Below are positions 29,545 to 37,884 of a stretch of 64,000 nt of DNA, one piece after another (position 1 is the stretch's first letter; each line of letters starts with the position of its first letter). Below the pieces are notes generated by a model that saw only the letters and a list, made by a program, of their open reading frames with translations, did not search any database and was not told where the DNA came from. The position numbers were made by a program, and so were the translations under genes. This stretch comes from Candidatus Latescibacterota bacterium (GTDB taxonomy: Bacteria; Latescibacterota; UBA2968): the NCBI GenBank assembly GCA_965205975.1, contig OZ242195.1:896001-960000 (forward strand). The letters run 5' to 3'.

Positions 29545-30558
29545 TTATAAACGCAGGATTTTCAGGAAAAGTTCATCTGCTCCTTTGATTTCTCGGAAAT
29601 AGGGATGCTTACTTTTTAATGAAAGTAAATTCGCATAGGCTCGAAACAGCCACTCACCCTCAATTTTTTCAAAGAGCTTGTAATGAATTCCATTCGAGAC
29701 AATGAAAAAACAGCAAGTTGGATAGTTTTGTAAATAATCCTTTGCCTGATCGGGAGCATACCGAAGTCCATCGTATAGCCGTTTAGTTTCGAGGATTATT
29801 ACAGGATTCTCTTGTTCTGATGGAAACGGACTCTCAAAGATCGAAATATCAATTTTCTTCCACTCTATTCTGATTCTCTGTTCAGGAAACCCCAATGCAA
29901 TCAGGAGTGGGACTATTAGAAATGTCCTAATCTCATGCTCTCCAAATTCCCTATTCTGAGAGACGTACCACTTTGCCAGTCTACGAATTTTCCAAATCGT
30001 CTTTGTGATTATGTCAACATCGTTCCCGGATAAGCCATTGACCATTAAAAGGTCAATCAGTTGTTCGGCTTCTAAATCCTCAACTAACTCCGGAATTCGT
30101 TCTGATTGTACAGCTACACCATTTTCCCATATATTTTGCGCTTCATTCCTTGGAGTTTGCTTCTTGACTTGAAACAACGTACCTTGTCTCAAACCAGAGA
30201 TTATTGTCGAATCAGCAGGCCGTTTCCACTTTACTTCCCTACAATGTTGAAGAGCCCATCCATCAACCTCTTCGAATACTTCTGTATGGAAATAATCTGA
30301 TCTAACTTTCCCTACTGCCACAATTTTCCACTGTTTTCCACATGCCCTTTTCAAAATCACCAAATCCCCAGTCTGCATGTCTTCCATGAACCACCTATAG
30401 AATTGTCTATAATCGCAGTGGGATTTATCATCATAAATATCTCGATTTTCAAAATAATCTCCGTGAGAACCAGGGCCAACAAGTATGACTCCAAATCTCA
30501 AAAATACGTCAGAATATTCTCTATTTCCATCACCAGCGGCGATTTGCCAAATGTTCAT
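29545..30558 (-). CDS. Putative restriction-endonuclease-like protein (N-terminal PUA/EVE-like region, C-terminal HsdR_N-like PD-(D/E)XK)
   Basis: AT-rich; E..IR..LI.PLL.ALG, IDI...ILETK, QA..Y, SNG..Y. Confidence 0.65.
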   Translation of the reverse strand: MNIWQIAAGDGNREYSDVFLRFGVILVGPGSHGDYFENRDIYDDKSHCDYRQFYRWFMEDMQTGDLVILKRACGKQWKIVAVGKVRSDYFHTEVFEEVDGWALQHCREVKWKRPADSTIISGLRQGTLFQVKKQTPRNEAQNIWENGVAVQSERIPELVEDLEAEQLIDLLMVNGLSGNDVDIITKTIWKIRRLAKWYVSQNREFGEHEIRTFLIVPLLIALGFPEQRIRIEWKKIDISIFESPFPSEQENPVIILETKRLYDGLRYAPDQAKDYLQNYPTCCFFIVSNGIHYKLFEKIEGEWLFRAYANLLSLKSKHPYFREIKGADELFLKILRL

Positions 30559-30585
30559 TTTGTCACATCCTAAATTAATATTCCC

Positions 30586-30813
30586 TCAAACAGATTCTGA
30601 TGCATATTTGGCTTTGCGAGGCAGTTCGACGAGGATGAAATAGGATGCGGGATATAAGTAGTCTTCCTGTGATTCATCTACGACTCTCAAATATCCCTCT
30701 TGCGCTGCTTCTTCGTCGGGCAGAATCTGGTATATCTTCCGCTTCTCCAGATCGTCGCAATCTCTGTTCTCGATACACAGCGCGAATTGAGATTTTGATA
30801 GGTTCTCTTTCAT
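30586..30813 (-). CDS. Small conserved hypothetical protein (copy 2), putative TA component
   Basis: FALCIEN....DLEKRKIYQ..PD..A...GYLRVVDES.EDYLYP; near-identical to 32443-32667. Confidence 0.75.
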   Translation of the reverse strand: MKENLSKSQFALCIENRDCDDLEKRKIYQILPDEEAAQEGYLRVVDESQEDYLYPASYFILVELPRKAKYASESV

Positions 30814-30815
30814 TT

Positions 30816-30967
30816 TTACCACTCCATGAATCGTTTGATTTTCATCTTTCTTCGACCAATTCCATGCACCTCATACCAATGGTCCTCTGCCCGTCGGATA
30901 CTGCTATTGCTGAGGCGAATACGGGCAATACCTTTGAGTTTTCGTCACCGGCCAGATCATATTGCCT
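30816..30967 (-). pseudogene. 3' fragment of the partner gene of the 30586 protein
   Basis: GR*RKLKGIARIRLSNSSIRRAEDHWYEVHGIGRRKMKIKRFMEW*; 5' end missing, internal stop. Confidence 0.6.
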
Positions 30968-31053
30968 ACGAAGCCGACATCATTGATTACACCTCGATTT
31001 GAGCCGGTTTTGGAACCCTAGCGATAGGTCTTGGAGGTCGGCACATATCGGCC
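30968..31053 (-). repeat. Copy of a 3'-proximal segment of the class-A serine hydrolase gene
   Basis: 86 bp aligning to 31752-31837 with 5 mismatches (4 synonymous, 1 Trp to stop). Confidence 0.93.
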
Positions 31054-31316
31054 TAACTCGCAACTGATTTCCCTCGTATGTGCTCAATTAAACGAACATT
31101 CACCAGGGTTTCGATCGATACGCCTTGTGCTTGGGCACTCTGCCAGAGTTCTTCTGCTATTTCAGGGAGTATCGCAACGCGAACTGCTCGCTTGTGTGGC
31201 GTATCAAAGCGAAACCATTCTCCATCATCTTCCATAAAATCAGCCGTATCCAGTTGATCCCAAAATGTAGCTTCCTCTTCATAACTCTCGAATTTTGGGA
31301 CTTTTAACTCTTTCAT
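31053..31316 (-). CDS. CopG/BrnA-like antitoxin
   Basis: VPKFESYEEEA.FWD..D..D, C-terminal ribbon-helix-helix-like segment. Confidence 0.8.
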   Translation of the reverse strand: MKELKVPKFESYEEEATFWDQLDTADFMEDDGEWFRFDTPHKRAVRVAILPEIAEELWQSAQAQGVSIETLVNVRLIEHIRGKSVAS

Positions 31317-31585
31317 TTTCTCAGCCTCCTGAAGTTTTGTTTTTCACGGTCGGTCATATCTCGAGCGGTAATGGGCTTATAGACTGTACCGCTAAGATGT
31401 TCCAAGACGACAAATAGATACCGCCCATCCGCTGTCTGTCCATAAAGCCGATACCGGTTACGTCCTTGACGACGAGCTAAATGTAATGGATCCCCACAAA
31501 CTTCCCAGACTTCATCTGGTTCCACATTGTGTTGAGCAATATGTTCAATTCGATAGTCGTCCCAAGCTAATCTGCTAATATACAT
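31313..31585 (-). CDS. BrnT-family toxin
   Basis: WD...IEHI..H.V...EV.EV, G.T..GRYLFVV, ITARDM...EK. Confidence 0.85.
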   Translation of the reverse strand: MYISRLAWDDYRIEHIAQHNVEPDEVWEVCGDPLHLARRQGRNRYRLYGQTADGRYLFVVLEHLSGTVYKPITARDMTDREKQNFRRLRK

Positions 31586-31627
31586 GTATCACTCGTGATT
31601 TTTTTATTTTATTTGAAACTGTTAGTC

Positions 31628-32419
31628 CTATATCACGCCCGTCACTTGCATCGCGGCCCTGGCAATCTCGGAGAGTGCGCATTCGCCGGTGACGCGATCG
31701 CCGAGTTCCCGGCTGTAGAGAGCAATCACCATCGTTCCTACCGGGGATTCGACGAAGCCGACATCATTGATTACACCCCGATTCGAGCCGGTTTTGGAAC
31801 CCCATCGATAGGTTTTGGAGGTCGGCACATATCGGCCGATGCGGCGACCGTTCTGTTGTAGGGTCAAGGTGGTGAGCATGGCCTGACAGGCTGCGGGGGA
31901 TGCGGCCTGGTCGTCGAGAATCGTCTTGACGACGGTAGTGTAGTCATTGGGTGTAGCCCAATTTTCCTGTTCTCCTTCAATCGCGAGACGCCCGCGCATG
32001 GGACGTCCGAGATTGGAGGCGGTCATACCGAGTTCTCGCATTGTCGCGTTGATGCGATCCATTCCAGCCACTTCAATCAATATGTTGGTGGCGGTGTTAT
32101 CGCTGATGGACATCATCAAGTAGAGGAGATCTCCAAACGACAGTTGCAACCCGGTATGCATATGTCGCAGCACACCACTGCCGGGAGATTTATCCACAGA
32201 GCGGATGATATATGTGTCGTCAAGCGCCAGTGTGCCGCGATCAATAGCTCTGTAGATCTCGATCATGATCGGAATTTTAACTGTGCTGGCCGCTGGAAAC
32301 TGATGATCACCCCGTGAAGCCCAACGCTCTCCCTGAGGTGAAATTACACTGACGCCGATCATGCCGGGTGATTCGTGCTCTTTAACCGTTTGTTCTAGCT
32401 TGCTCCAGTCTGTGGTCAT
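31628..32419 (-). CDS. Serine hydrolase, class-A beta-lactamase-like (Beta-lactamase2)
   Basis: ASTVK (SxxK), SDN, KTG, NDVG; no signal peptide; start MTTDWSK. Confidence 0.9.
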   Translation of the reverse strand: MTTDWSKLEQTVKEHESPGMIGVSVISPQGERWASRGDHQFPAASTVKIPIMIEIYRAIDRGTLALDDTYIIRSVDKSPGSGVLRHMHTGLQLSFGDLLYLMMSISDNTATNILIEVAGMDRINATMRELGMTASNLGRPMRGRLAIEGEQENWATPNDYTTVVKTILDDQAASPAACQAMLTTLTLQQNGRRIGRYVPTSKTYRWGSKTGSNRGVINDVGFVESPVGTMVIALYSRELGDRVTGECALSEIARAAMQVTGVI

Positions 32420-32442
32420 GGTAACGTTCCTGAAACTCAGTC

Positions 32443-32667
32443 TCAGTTTGCCAGTGCGTCTTTGGCTTTGCAAGGCAGTTCGACAAAGATAAAATAAGAT
32501 GCGGGATACAAGTAGTCTTCCCACGATTCGTCAATGACTCTCAAATATCCCTCTTGCGCTGCTTCTTCGTCGGGTAAAATCTGGTATATTTTCCGCTTCT
32601 CCAGATCGTCGCAATCTCTGTTCTCGATACACAGCGCGAATTGAGATTCTGATGGGTTCTTTTTCAT
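32443..32667 (-). CDS. Small conserved hypothetical protein (copy 1)
   Basis: Near-identical to 30586-30813. Confidence 0.75.
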   Translation of the reverse strand: MKKNPSESQFALCIENRDCDDLEKRKIYQILPDEEAAQEGYLRVIDESWEDYLYPASYFIFVELPCKAKDALAN

Positions 32668-32668
32668 T

Positions 32669-32899
32669 TCAGGCATGCAGTTCTACATCCATAGTCTCTG
32701 GCGTATCCACTAAGATGGAAAACCCGAACCGCGGCAGCAATTCCTCGAATACACGGCGAGAGATCCCGAGCGTGAGGCACGCTTCTTTCTCTGAGAGTTT
32801 TCCTACGTGGTAGAGTGTTGCAATCAAGGCTTCTCTGAAATACGCCTGGTCGAGGCGAGCAAGCGCAGCCGTGTCAGGTAAGTCTAAAGAGATTTTCAT
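32669..32899 (-). CDS. UPF0175 family protein (putative antitoxin)
   Basis: LY..GKLS...A...LGISR..FEELL..FG. Confidence 0.8.
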   Translation of the reverse strand: MKISLDLPDTAALARLDQAYFREALIATLYHVGKLSEKEACLTLGISRRVFEELLPRFGFSILVDTPETMDVELHA

Positions 32900-32913
32900 T
32901 GTATGCCCATTGT

Positions 32914-33102
32914 TTATGAAGTGACCAACTCCTTACATGCATAAATATCTTCTTGAGTTAGTGAAGGATATTCTGCGAGGAGATCCTCGACAGTGTCCCC
33001 ATTGGCCAACATCCCCAGGATTAGATGTACCGGGATGCGGGTACCTTTAATACAGGCTTGTCCGTGACAAACCCTGGAATCAATGGCAATACGTTCATGC
33101 AT
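32914..33102 (-). CDS. DUF433 family antitoxin (orphan, short)
   Basis: RIAID..VCHGQACIKGTRIPV..IL..LA.G....LL.EYPSL. Confidence 0.85.
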   Translation of the reverse strand: MHERIAIDSRVCHGQACIKGTRIPVHLILGMLANGDTVEDLLAEYPSLTQEDIYACKELVTS

Positions 33103-33136
33103 TTTTTATTTCCAGTAAAAGGACTTTCACTTCTTA

Positions 33137-33226
33137 CCTATATCAGGCCCATCACTTGCATCGCAACCCTGGCAATCTCGGAAAGTGCGCATTCGCCGGT
33201 GACGCGCTCCCTGAAACTCAGCCTCA
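33137..33226 (-). repeat. Internally deleted copy of the class-A serine hydrolase gene: 5' flank joined to the last 70 bp
   Basis: 33137-33206 aligns to 31627-31696; CCTGAAACTCAGCCTCA (33210-33226) matches CCTGAAACTCAGTCTCA (32429-32445). Confidence 0.88.
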
Positions 33227-34069
33227 AGTTGCCGATAACAGTGCTTTCTCTGGCTTTACGATGCAGTTTGGCAAGGACGAAATAAGCGTTGAGTGTAATG
33301 CCTTGTTAGAATGAATTCTCTTTTTTGAAAGCCGCGACTCAACGATAGAAATATATTCCTCGTTGATGTCTGATAAAATTGCGGATCGATTGTGTTTCAA
33401 TGCAAACGCACCCGTAGTGCCAGAACCACACATGGGATCAAAAATTAAATCTTCTTCTTGTGTTGTCATAAAAAAAAGTGGCTCATAAACTTTTAATGGC
33501 TTTTGAGACGGATGGCCTGTCTGCTCATTCTTACCCACAAATCCCACCAATAAGGATGCTTCTATCACGCTCGTTGGCCCTGGCATATATCTCAGCTTCC
33601 CCGCCTTTAACTTTTCTTTTTGCACATCATTCAAAAAGTGTTCGGGATATAGTTTCGCATCTCTCTGAGAAAGGTGTAGGCAAGCATTCTGACTCGAGCG
33701 CCACCCTCGAATAACAGATGGGTTATTTTTGTAATACCAGGTCAGCCATGCAACGAGCTTGTACTCGGTTGGTATTCGATTAAAATACTGAGCTACAATC
33801 TCGGGAAATCCCCACAAGAATACATGGTCAGAGACATCAATTAGTGCTTCGAGTATGGATATAACAAAATCATTGTAATCATCCCTTATTTCTCCAAAAC
33901 CCTTGTTATACCATGGGTCGAGCATTGTAACACGCGGCTTGATGCCCGCTAATTTAATCAGGTTGATGGATTCAAATACATCCATTGGTGGTAGTATTAC
34001 AGTACGACCCTTTTTGGTTCCATTATTGCGCGTGACTTTGTCGAGGTCCCCTAAAGTCATTTGAGTCAT
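33224..34069 (-). CDS. Beta-class N4C/N6A DNA methyltransferase
   Basis: DPWY (DPPY-like) motif IV before HPSQKP and DPMCGSGTT motif I. Confidence 0.88.
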   Translation of the reverse strand: MTQMTLGDLDKVTRNNGTKKGRTVILPPMDVFESINLIKLAGIKPRVTMLDPWYNKGFGEIRDDYNDFVISILEALIDVSDHVFLWGFPEIVAQYFNRIPTEYKLVAWLTWYYKNNPSVIRGWRSSQNACLHLSQRDAKLYPEHFLNDVQKEKLKAGKLRYMPGPTSVIEASLLVGFVGKNEQTGHPSQKPLKVYEPLFFMTTQEEDLIFDPMCGSGTTGAFALKHNRSAILSDINEEYISIVESRLSKKRIHSNKALHSTLISSLPNCIVKPEKALLSAT

Positions 34070-34083
34070 GCCTACCCCCTTTA

Positions 34084-34776
34084 CTATTTGTTGTCATTGA
34101 TTTGATATCCAAAATAATCAAGCAAAAAAGAGAATACCATCCGCTTCTCCGGTTCACTTGCGGCTTGCACAATAGCATAAACATTGATTCTACCAGTACT
34201 ATTATCCCAAAAGTTCTTTTTCATAACTTGATGGCGCGCACATAGGACTCTCCATTGATTTGGATCACCTGGGTCGGTCTCTATGTTTATCGAATGTGGT
34301 GACTTATGATCGGGTGTGAGTTTTACTGTGCCTCCTCCGATTGGATCTATATCCCCGCCCTTGAGTCCGCACCGAATACCATCCTCTTCCCATTCACAAG
34401 CGTAGTTCGCTGTTTCCAATACCTTTAACCACACGCCATTATGTGGCCGAACCCTCCTGTTGATCCTCGGCCTCTTTTCAGAGGTGGGCATGAGGTACTC
34501 CTGGAGTTTTAAGTCACCTCTATTGCGCCATGATAAAATTGTGTATCCATCATCCGTTCGCAACTCCGATAATCTTTGATGCCAATTTTCTGGTTCTTTT
34601 TTTGTTATCGGGTCTATAGCTGCTTTGATGATTTGTTCTCTCAATAGAATCTTGCCGAGATTATCAAGAAAAAGAGCTTCGATTCTCTTTTTGATACTAC
34701 TTTGGTTATATGGTCCTTTTACTTCACCATAAATTTTCTCCGCTTCGGACTTAAAATAATTTTCTTTTCGATTCAT
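34084..34776 (-). CDS. KpnI-like HNH type II restriction endonuclease
   Basis: RIEALFL.NLGK, PENWHQRLSELRTD.GYTILSWR, GDIDPIGGGTVKLTPDH, LC.RHQVMKKN.WD, as recalled from R.KpnI; adjacent MTase. Confidence 0.85.
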   Translation of the reverse strand: MNRKENYFKSEAEKIYGEVKGPYNQSSIKKRIEALFLDNLGKILLREQIIKAAIDPITKKEPENWHQRLSELRTDDGYTILSWRNRGDLKLQEYLMPTSEKRPRINRRVRPHNGVWLKVLETANYACEWEEDGIRCGLKGGDIDPIGGGTVKLTPDHKSPHSINIETDPGDPNQWRVLCARHQVMKKNFWDNSTGRINVYAIVQAASEPEKRMVFSFLLDYFGYQINDNK

Positions 34777-34804
34777 TATTTTTTTGCCTTTGCTTGTTGG
34801 CCTC

Positions 34805-35854
34805 TCAATCAACAATGGGCAGATGAACCGTTGCGCCGCGTTCGACGGAGCGGAATACTGCTTCGGTGAATTCCATGTATTTCACGCCCTGGTAGAAGGT
34901 TGATTCAGCGGGTTTGCCGGTTTTGATCATGTCGATGAAATCTGCCTCAACCGTCCACTCGCGCATGTCGGATGCGGGGACATCCAATTCCCGCAATGCG
35001 CCATCGCTGGATTTTGCACCCAATATCCGCTGCTCGTCCAAAACGGGGGAGGTTTCGTAAATGAGTGTGCCGTCCGTGCCGTAAATTTCAATGGATTCAC
35101 CCGGCGCGTGGTGCGCGGTGCCGGAGAAGAGATAGACCGCAGTGGCGCCGCTTTCCATTTGCGCCAAAATATTCACGGTGTCTGGACGATCTACTGGTCC
35201 CATGCCGTCTTCTGTGGAGCGCTCGGTGACATAAGTTTCTGCGTGTGCGGATACGGATTTGGTATAGCCACACCAGCGGTGTACAAATTCCACCAGCATG
35301 CCCACGCTCATGGTGTTTAAGCCGGAAAAGCGACCGATTTGTCGCCAGTGTAATGGGGTATTGGGGTCAATGCCCCCAGGCGTCATTGAGCGGATGACGA
35401 TGTTGCGAATATCGCCGACATATCCTTCGGCGATCAATCGCTGCATGAACCAGTCGCCTTTTAGTGCGTGCGGTGGCTGGCATATCTGGTGCGCGAGTTC
35501 CGATTCCATTGCTGCGGCATACATGATTTTTGCCTCGCGCAGATTCATTGCCATACGCGCTTGCACAAATGCATGCTTGTCCGCATTGAGGGATTCGAGT
35601 ACAAACTCGCAGTGTTTGTACGGCCAGGTGCCAATCATTACGGCATCGAGGTCATCTCGCGCGATGAGCGCGTGGGGATCGGTCATCAGGTCGGGATTCA
35701 GTCCAAATTCAGCCGCTATTTTGCCGCCACTCTCTTCACTGCGGTTGCATATTGCCACGACCTCGGCATCGTCAATTTGAGCAAGACCCGGGAAGTGGCG
35801 GGTGCGAAAAATACCGCCGGCACCAATAATACCAATGCGAATTTTATCTGCCAT
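34805..35854 (-). CDS. Gfo/Idh/MocA oxidoreductase (paralogue of 25620-26657)
   Basis: Same MADKIRIGIIGAGGIFR start and DAVMIGTWPYKH motif. Confidence 0.9.
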   Translation of the reverse strand: MADKIRIGIIGAGGIFRTRHFPGLAQIDDAEVVAICNRSEESGGKIAAEFGLNPDLMTDPHALIARDDLDAVMIGTWPYKHCEFVLESLNADKHAFVQARMAMNLREAKIMYAAAMESELAHQICQPPHALKGDWFMQRLIAEGYVGDIRNIVIRSMTPGGIDPNTPLHWRQIGRFSGLNTMSVGMLVEFVHRWCGYTKSVSAHAETYVTERSTEDGMGPVDRPDTVNILAQMESGATAVYLFSGTAHHAPGESIEIYGTDGTLIYETSPVLDEQRILGAKSSDGALRELDVPASDMREWTVEADFIDMIKTGKPAESTFYQGVKYMEFTEAVFRSVERGATVHLPIVD

Positions 35855-35867
35855 TACAACCTCCATT

Positions 35868-36863
35868 TTACGGCATGGTCAAATCTTCGTAGCCCGTCAG
35901 GTGATATTCATATCCCAGATAATCCAGCAAATTGCACAGTGCGCGGAATGCCACGCCAAAACCATCAATGCCACTAAAGCCGCCAAATTGTCCACCGCCC
36001 TTTACGTGCGGTTCCAAATCGATAAATACACCCGGTACACCCAGTTCCTGAAACTGGCTTTGCAGGCGCGGGACGAGTGTTTTAAAATCCCGCAGGACCA
36101 TTTCATGCCCGGCATCGCCCTGATCAACGGGGATAAACCGCGTCAGCCCTCGCTTTGTTGCGCTGTCCAGCATCGGCTGATTGGCCGGCGCGTTAAATCC
36201 TTTAATGTGTATCCATCCCAATCCGGGCTTTGTTTTTTCATATTCGGCAAAAACACTGTCCGGGCTGTGTCCCATGCTTTCCATATTGCCCACATCCATG
36301 ATGATACAGGTATTGGGACTGTCGATCTTTTCGTGCAATGCGATCAGTGTTTCGCCGTCTCCACCGATTAAATGCGATTCCACTTCAGAGCCGTAGATCA
36401 GCCCTTCGCTTGCACACAGGGCGACAATTTCTGAGAGCTGATCTGCCGCCTGGTTCAAATGCGGCCAGGGATCGGTCCCATGCGGATGGTAATAGCTAAA
36501 GCCGCGAATGAGTTTTGTGTCAAATGCATGGGCGAGTTCGATGGCGCGTTTGACATCTGTCTCCAAGTATTCCTTAAACGGCACATAGCGATTGTCTGTA
36601 CCGTCATCTATGTCCAACAATTTCACCTTTCCGAGCGGGGAACCAATGCTCGATACCGAAATACCAAATTCGCCGTGCAATTTTTGGAGTTGTACAATCT
36701 CCTGCGCGGTCAATTCCATTGCGTTCTTTACCCCGTTGCCCATGTCGATAAACCGGATTGTGTAATAAGACAAGCCAAGCGCGCGCATCATGGTAAATTG
36801 CTCTTCGGCGCGCTTGCTCACCGGTCCCTCGTCGGCAAAACCCGATAAAATCACCTCTGCCAC
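35868..36863 (-). CDS. Sugar phosphate isomerase/epimerase (TIM barrel)
   Basis: LSGFADE, SIGSPLGK, D.GN, IHIK, LEPH. Confidence 0.88.
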   Translation of the reverse strand: MAEVILSGFADEGPVSKRAEEQFTMMRALGLSYYTIRFIDMGNGVKNAMELTAQEIVQLQKLHGEFGISVSSIGSPLGKVKLLDIDDGTDNRYVPFKEYLETDVKRAIELAHAFDTKLIRGFSYYHPHGTDPWPHLNQAADQLSEIVALCASEGLIYGSEVESHLIGGDGETLIALHEKIDSPNTCIIMDVGNMESMGHSPDSVFAEYEKTKPGLGWIHIKGFNAPANQPMLDSATKRGLTRFIPVDQGDAGHEMVLRDFKTLVPRLQSQFQELGVPGVFIDLEPHVKGGGQFGGFSGIDGFGVAFRALCNLLDYLGYEYHLTGYEDLTMP

Positions 36864-36877
36864 AATTATACTCCTTT

Positions 36878-37336
36878 CTATGAATCAGGCCAGGTCACTG
36901 GAATAAGTCGCAGTGTGCCATCACCTTGATCGCAACCTGGCGTGATCTCAATTGATTGACTCGTTTTGTAATCTGCACCCTCCAATACAACACTTATTGA
37001 AAAAGTACACGATCCTCCGGAGGCTATTTCAGCGGGGGTACATACATCTTCATGCGTCCCCAATAGCGTATCATTTTCACCCAACACACGTACGCGCACT
37101 TTAAGACCCGTGAGGTCCAGACCCGATTGGCTGTCAACCGTGCCCTCAATGTGGATAATATTCACGCTTGTAGGCGAACCGGCATCGCCCGCAGGCGCAT
37201 TAACAGTTTCACCTCTAATGGAGGTCAGGCTCAAAACGGTTAAATCGTCGGGTATAAAAGTACGCGAGCCGGTAGAATCATCTTTAGAGCATGCAAAGAA
37301 AAAAAAGATAGATAAAAAACTAATGATGTATTTCAT
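36878..37336 (-). CDS. Putative lipoprotein
   Basis: MKYIISFLSIFFFFAC lipobox. Confidence 0.75.
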   Translation of the reverse strand: MKYIISFLSIFFFFACSKDDSTGSRTFIPDDLTVLSLTSIRGETVNAPAGDAGSPTSVNIIHIEGTVDSQSGLDLTGLKVRVRVLGENDTLLGTHEDVCTPAEIASGGSCTFSISVVLEGADYKTSQSIEITPGCDQGDGTLRLIPVTWPDS

Positions 37337-37410
37337 CGCAGTGTCCTCTGTTGTGTGATACGGCGCATTTGACGCAACAATATACACGTCAAAATCGTAT
37401 CGGGCAAGGG

Positions 37411-37506
37411 AGCTATCAGTTATCAGTTATCGGTTGTCAGTTGTCAGTCCCAACTACTCAACCCCGGTGGGGCGGTGCGGGGTAACTGACTACTGACCAC
37501 TAACTG
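37411..37506. repeat. Heptamer tandem repeats in inverted arrangement
   Basis: (TCAGTTA/TCAGTTG)n at 37411-37448 facing (ACTGACT/ACTGACC)n at 37483-37506. Confidence 0.7.
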
Positions 37507-37877
37507 CTTTCCTCAAAATCAAACGTCACTGCATCCTGCACACCAGATAGATTCGGACGCGGGGCAAATGCCATTGTCAATGCAATTTCCTGTACCTGTC
37601 CTGCCTCAAACCTGGAAAACCGATGGGTTGCACGGGAAATTTCTGCCTGGTTTGAGCCGCGCAATCTCCAGGTCATGATAAACGGGCTGATAATCGGTAC
37701 TGGTCCCGTATTGACGACATCGGCTGAGATATTGACCCCCACGATATCGCCATTCGCATTTTGGATCGGCTCGCGGCGCACGTTGGCAATGGACATAAAA
37801 TCCGAAAGAAGCTCGTTCTCGGGCGATATAGGAACGCCGCCACAACCGAGCAAAAGGCATACGATTAGCCACCTCAT
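37500..37877 (-). CDS. Putative lipoprotein
   Basis: MRWLIVCLLLGC lipobox. Confidence 0.75.
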   Translation of the reverse strand: MRWLIVCLLLGCGGVPISPENELLSDFMSIANVRREPIQNANGDIVGVNISADVVNTGPVPIISPFIMTWRLRGSNQAEISRATHRFSRFEAGQVQEIALTMAFAPRPNLSGVQDAVTFDFEESS

Positions 37878-37884
37878 GGATTAT

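Noticed and set aside
28079..32419. Antibiotic-resistance beta-lactamases
   Set aside because: Both have the serine-hydrolase fold but lack signal peptides; resistance cannot be inferred from sequence alone.
31628..32524. Extended ORF starts (32524; also 1042, 6639, 42304, 46442, 60550, 63122)
   Set aside because: The extensions overlap neighbouring genes or repeats, or lack RBS/domain support; downstream starts were used instead.
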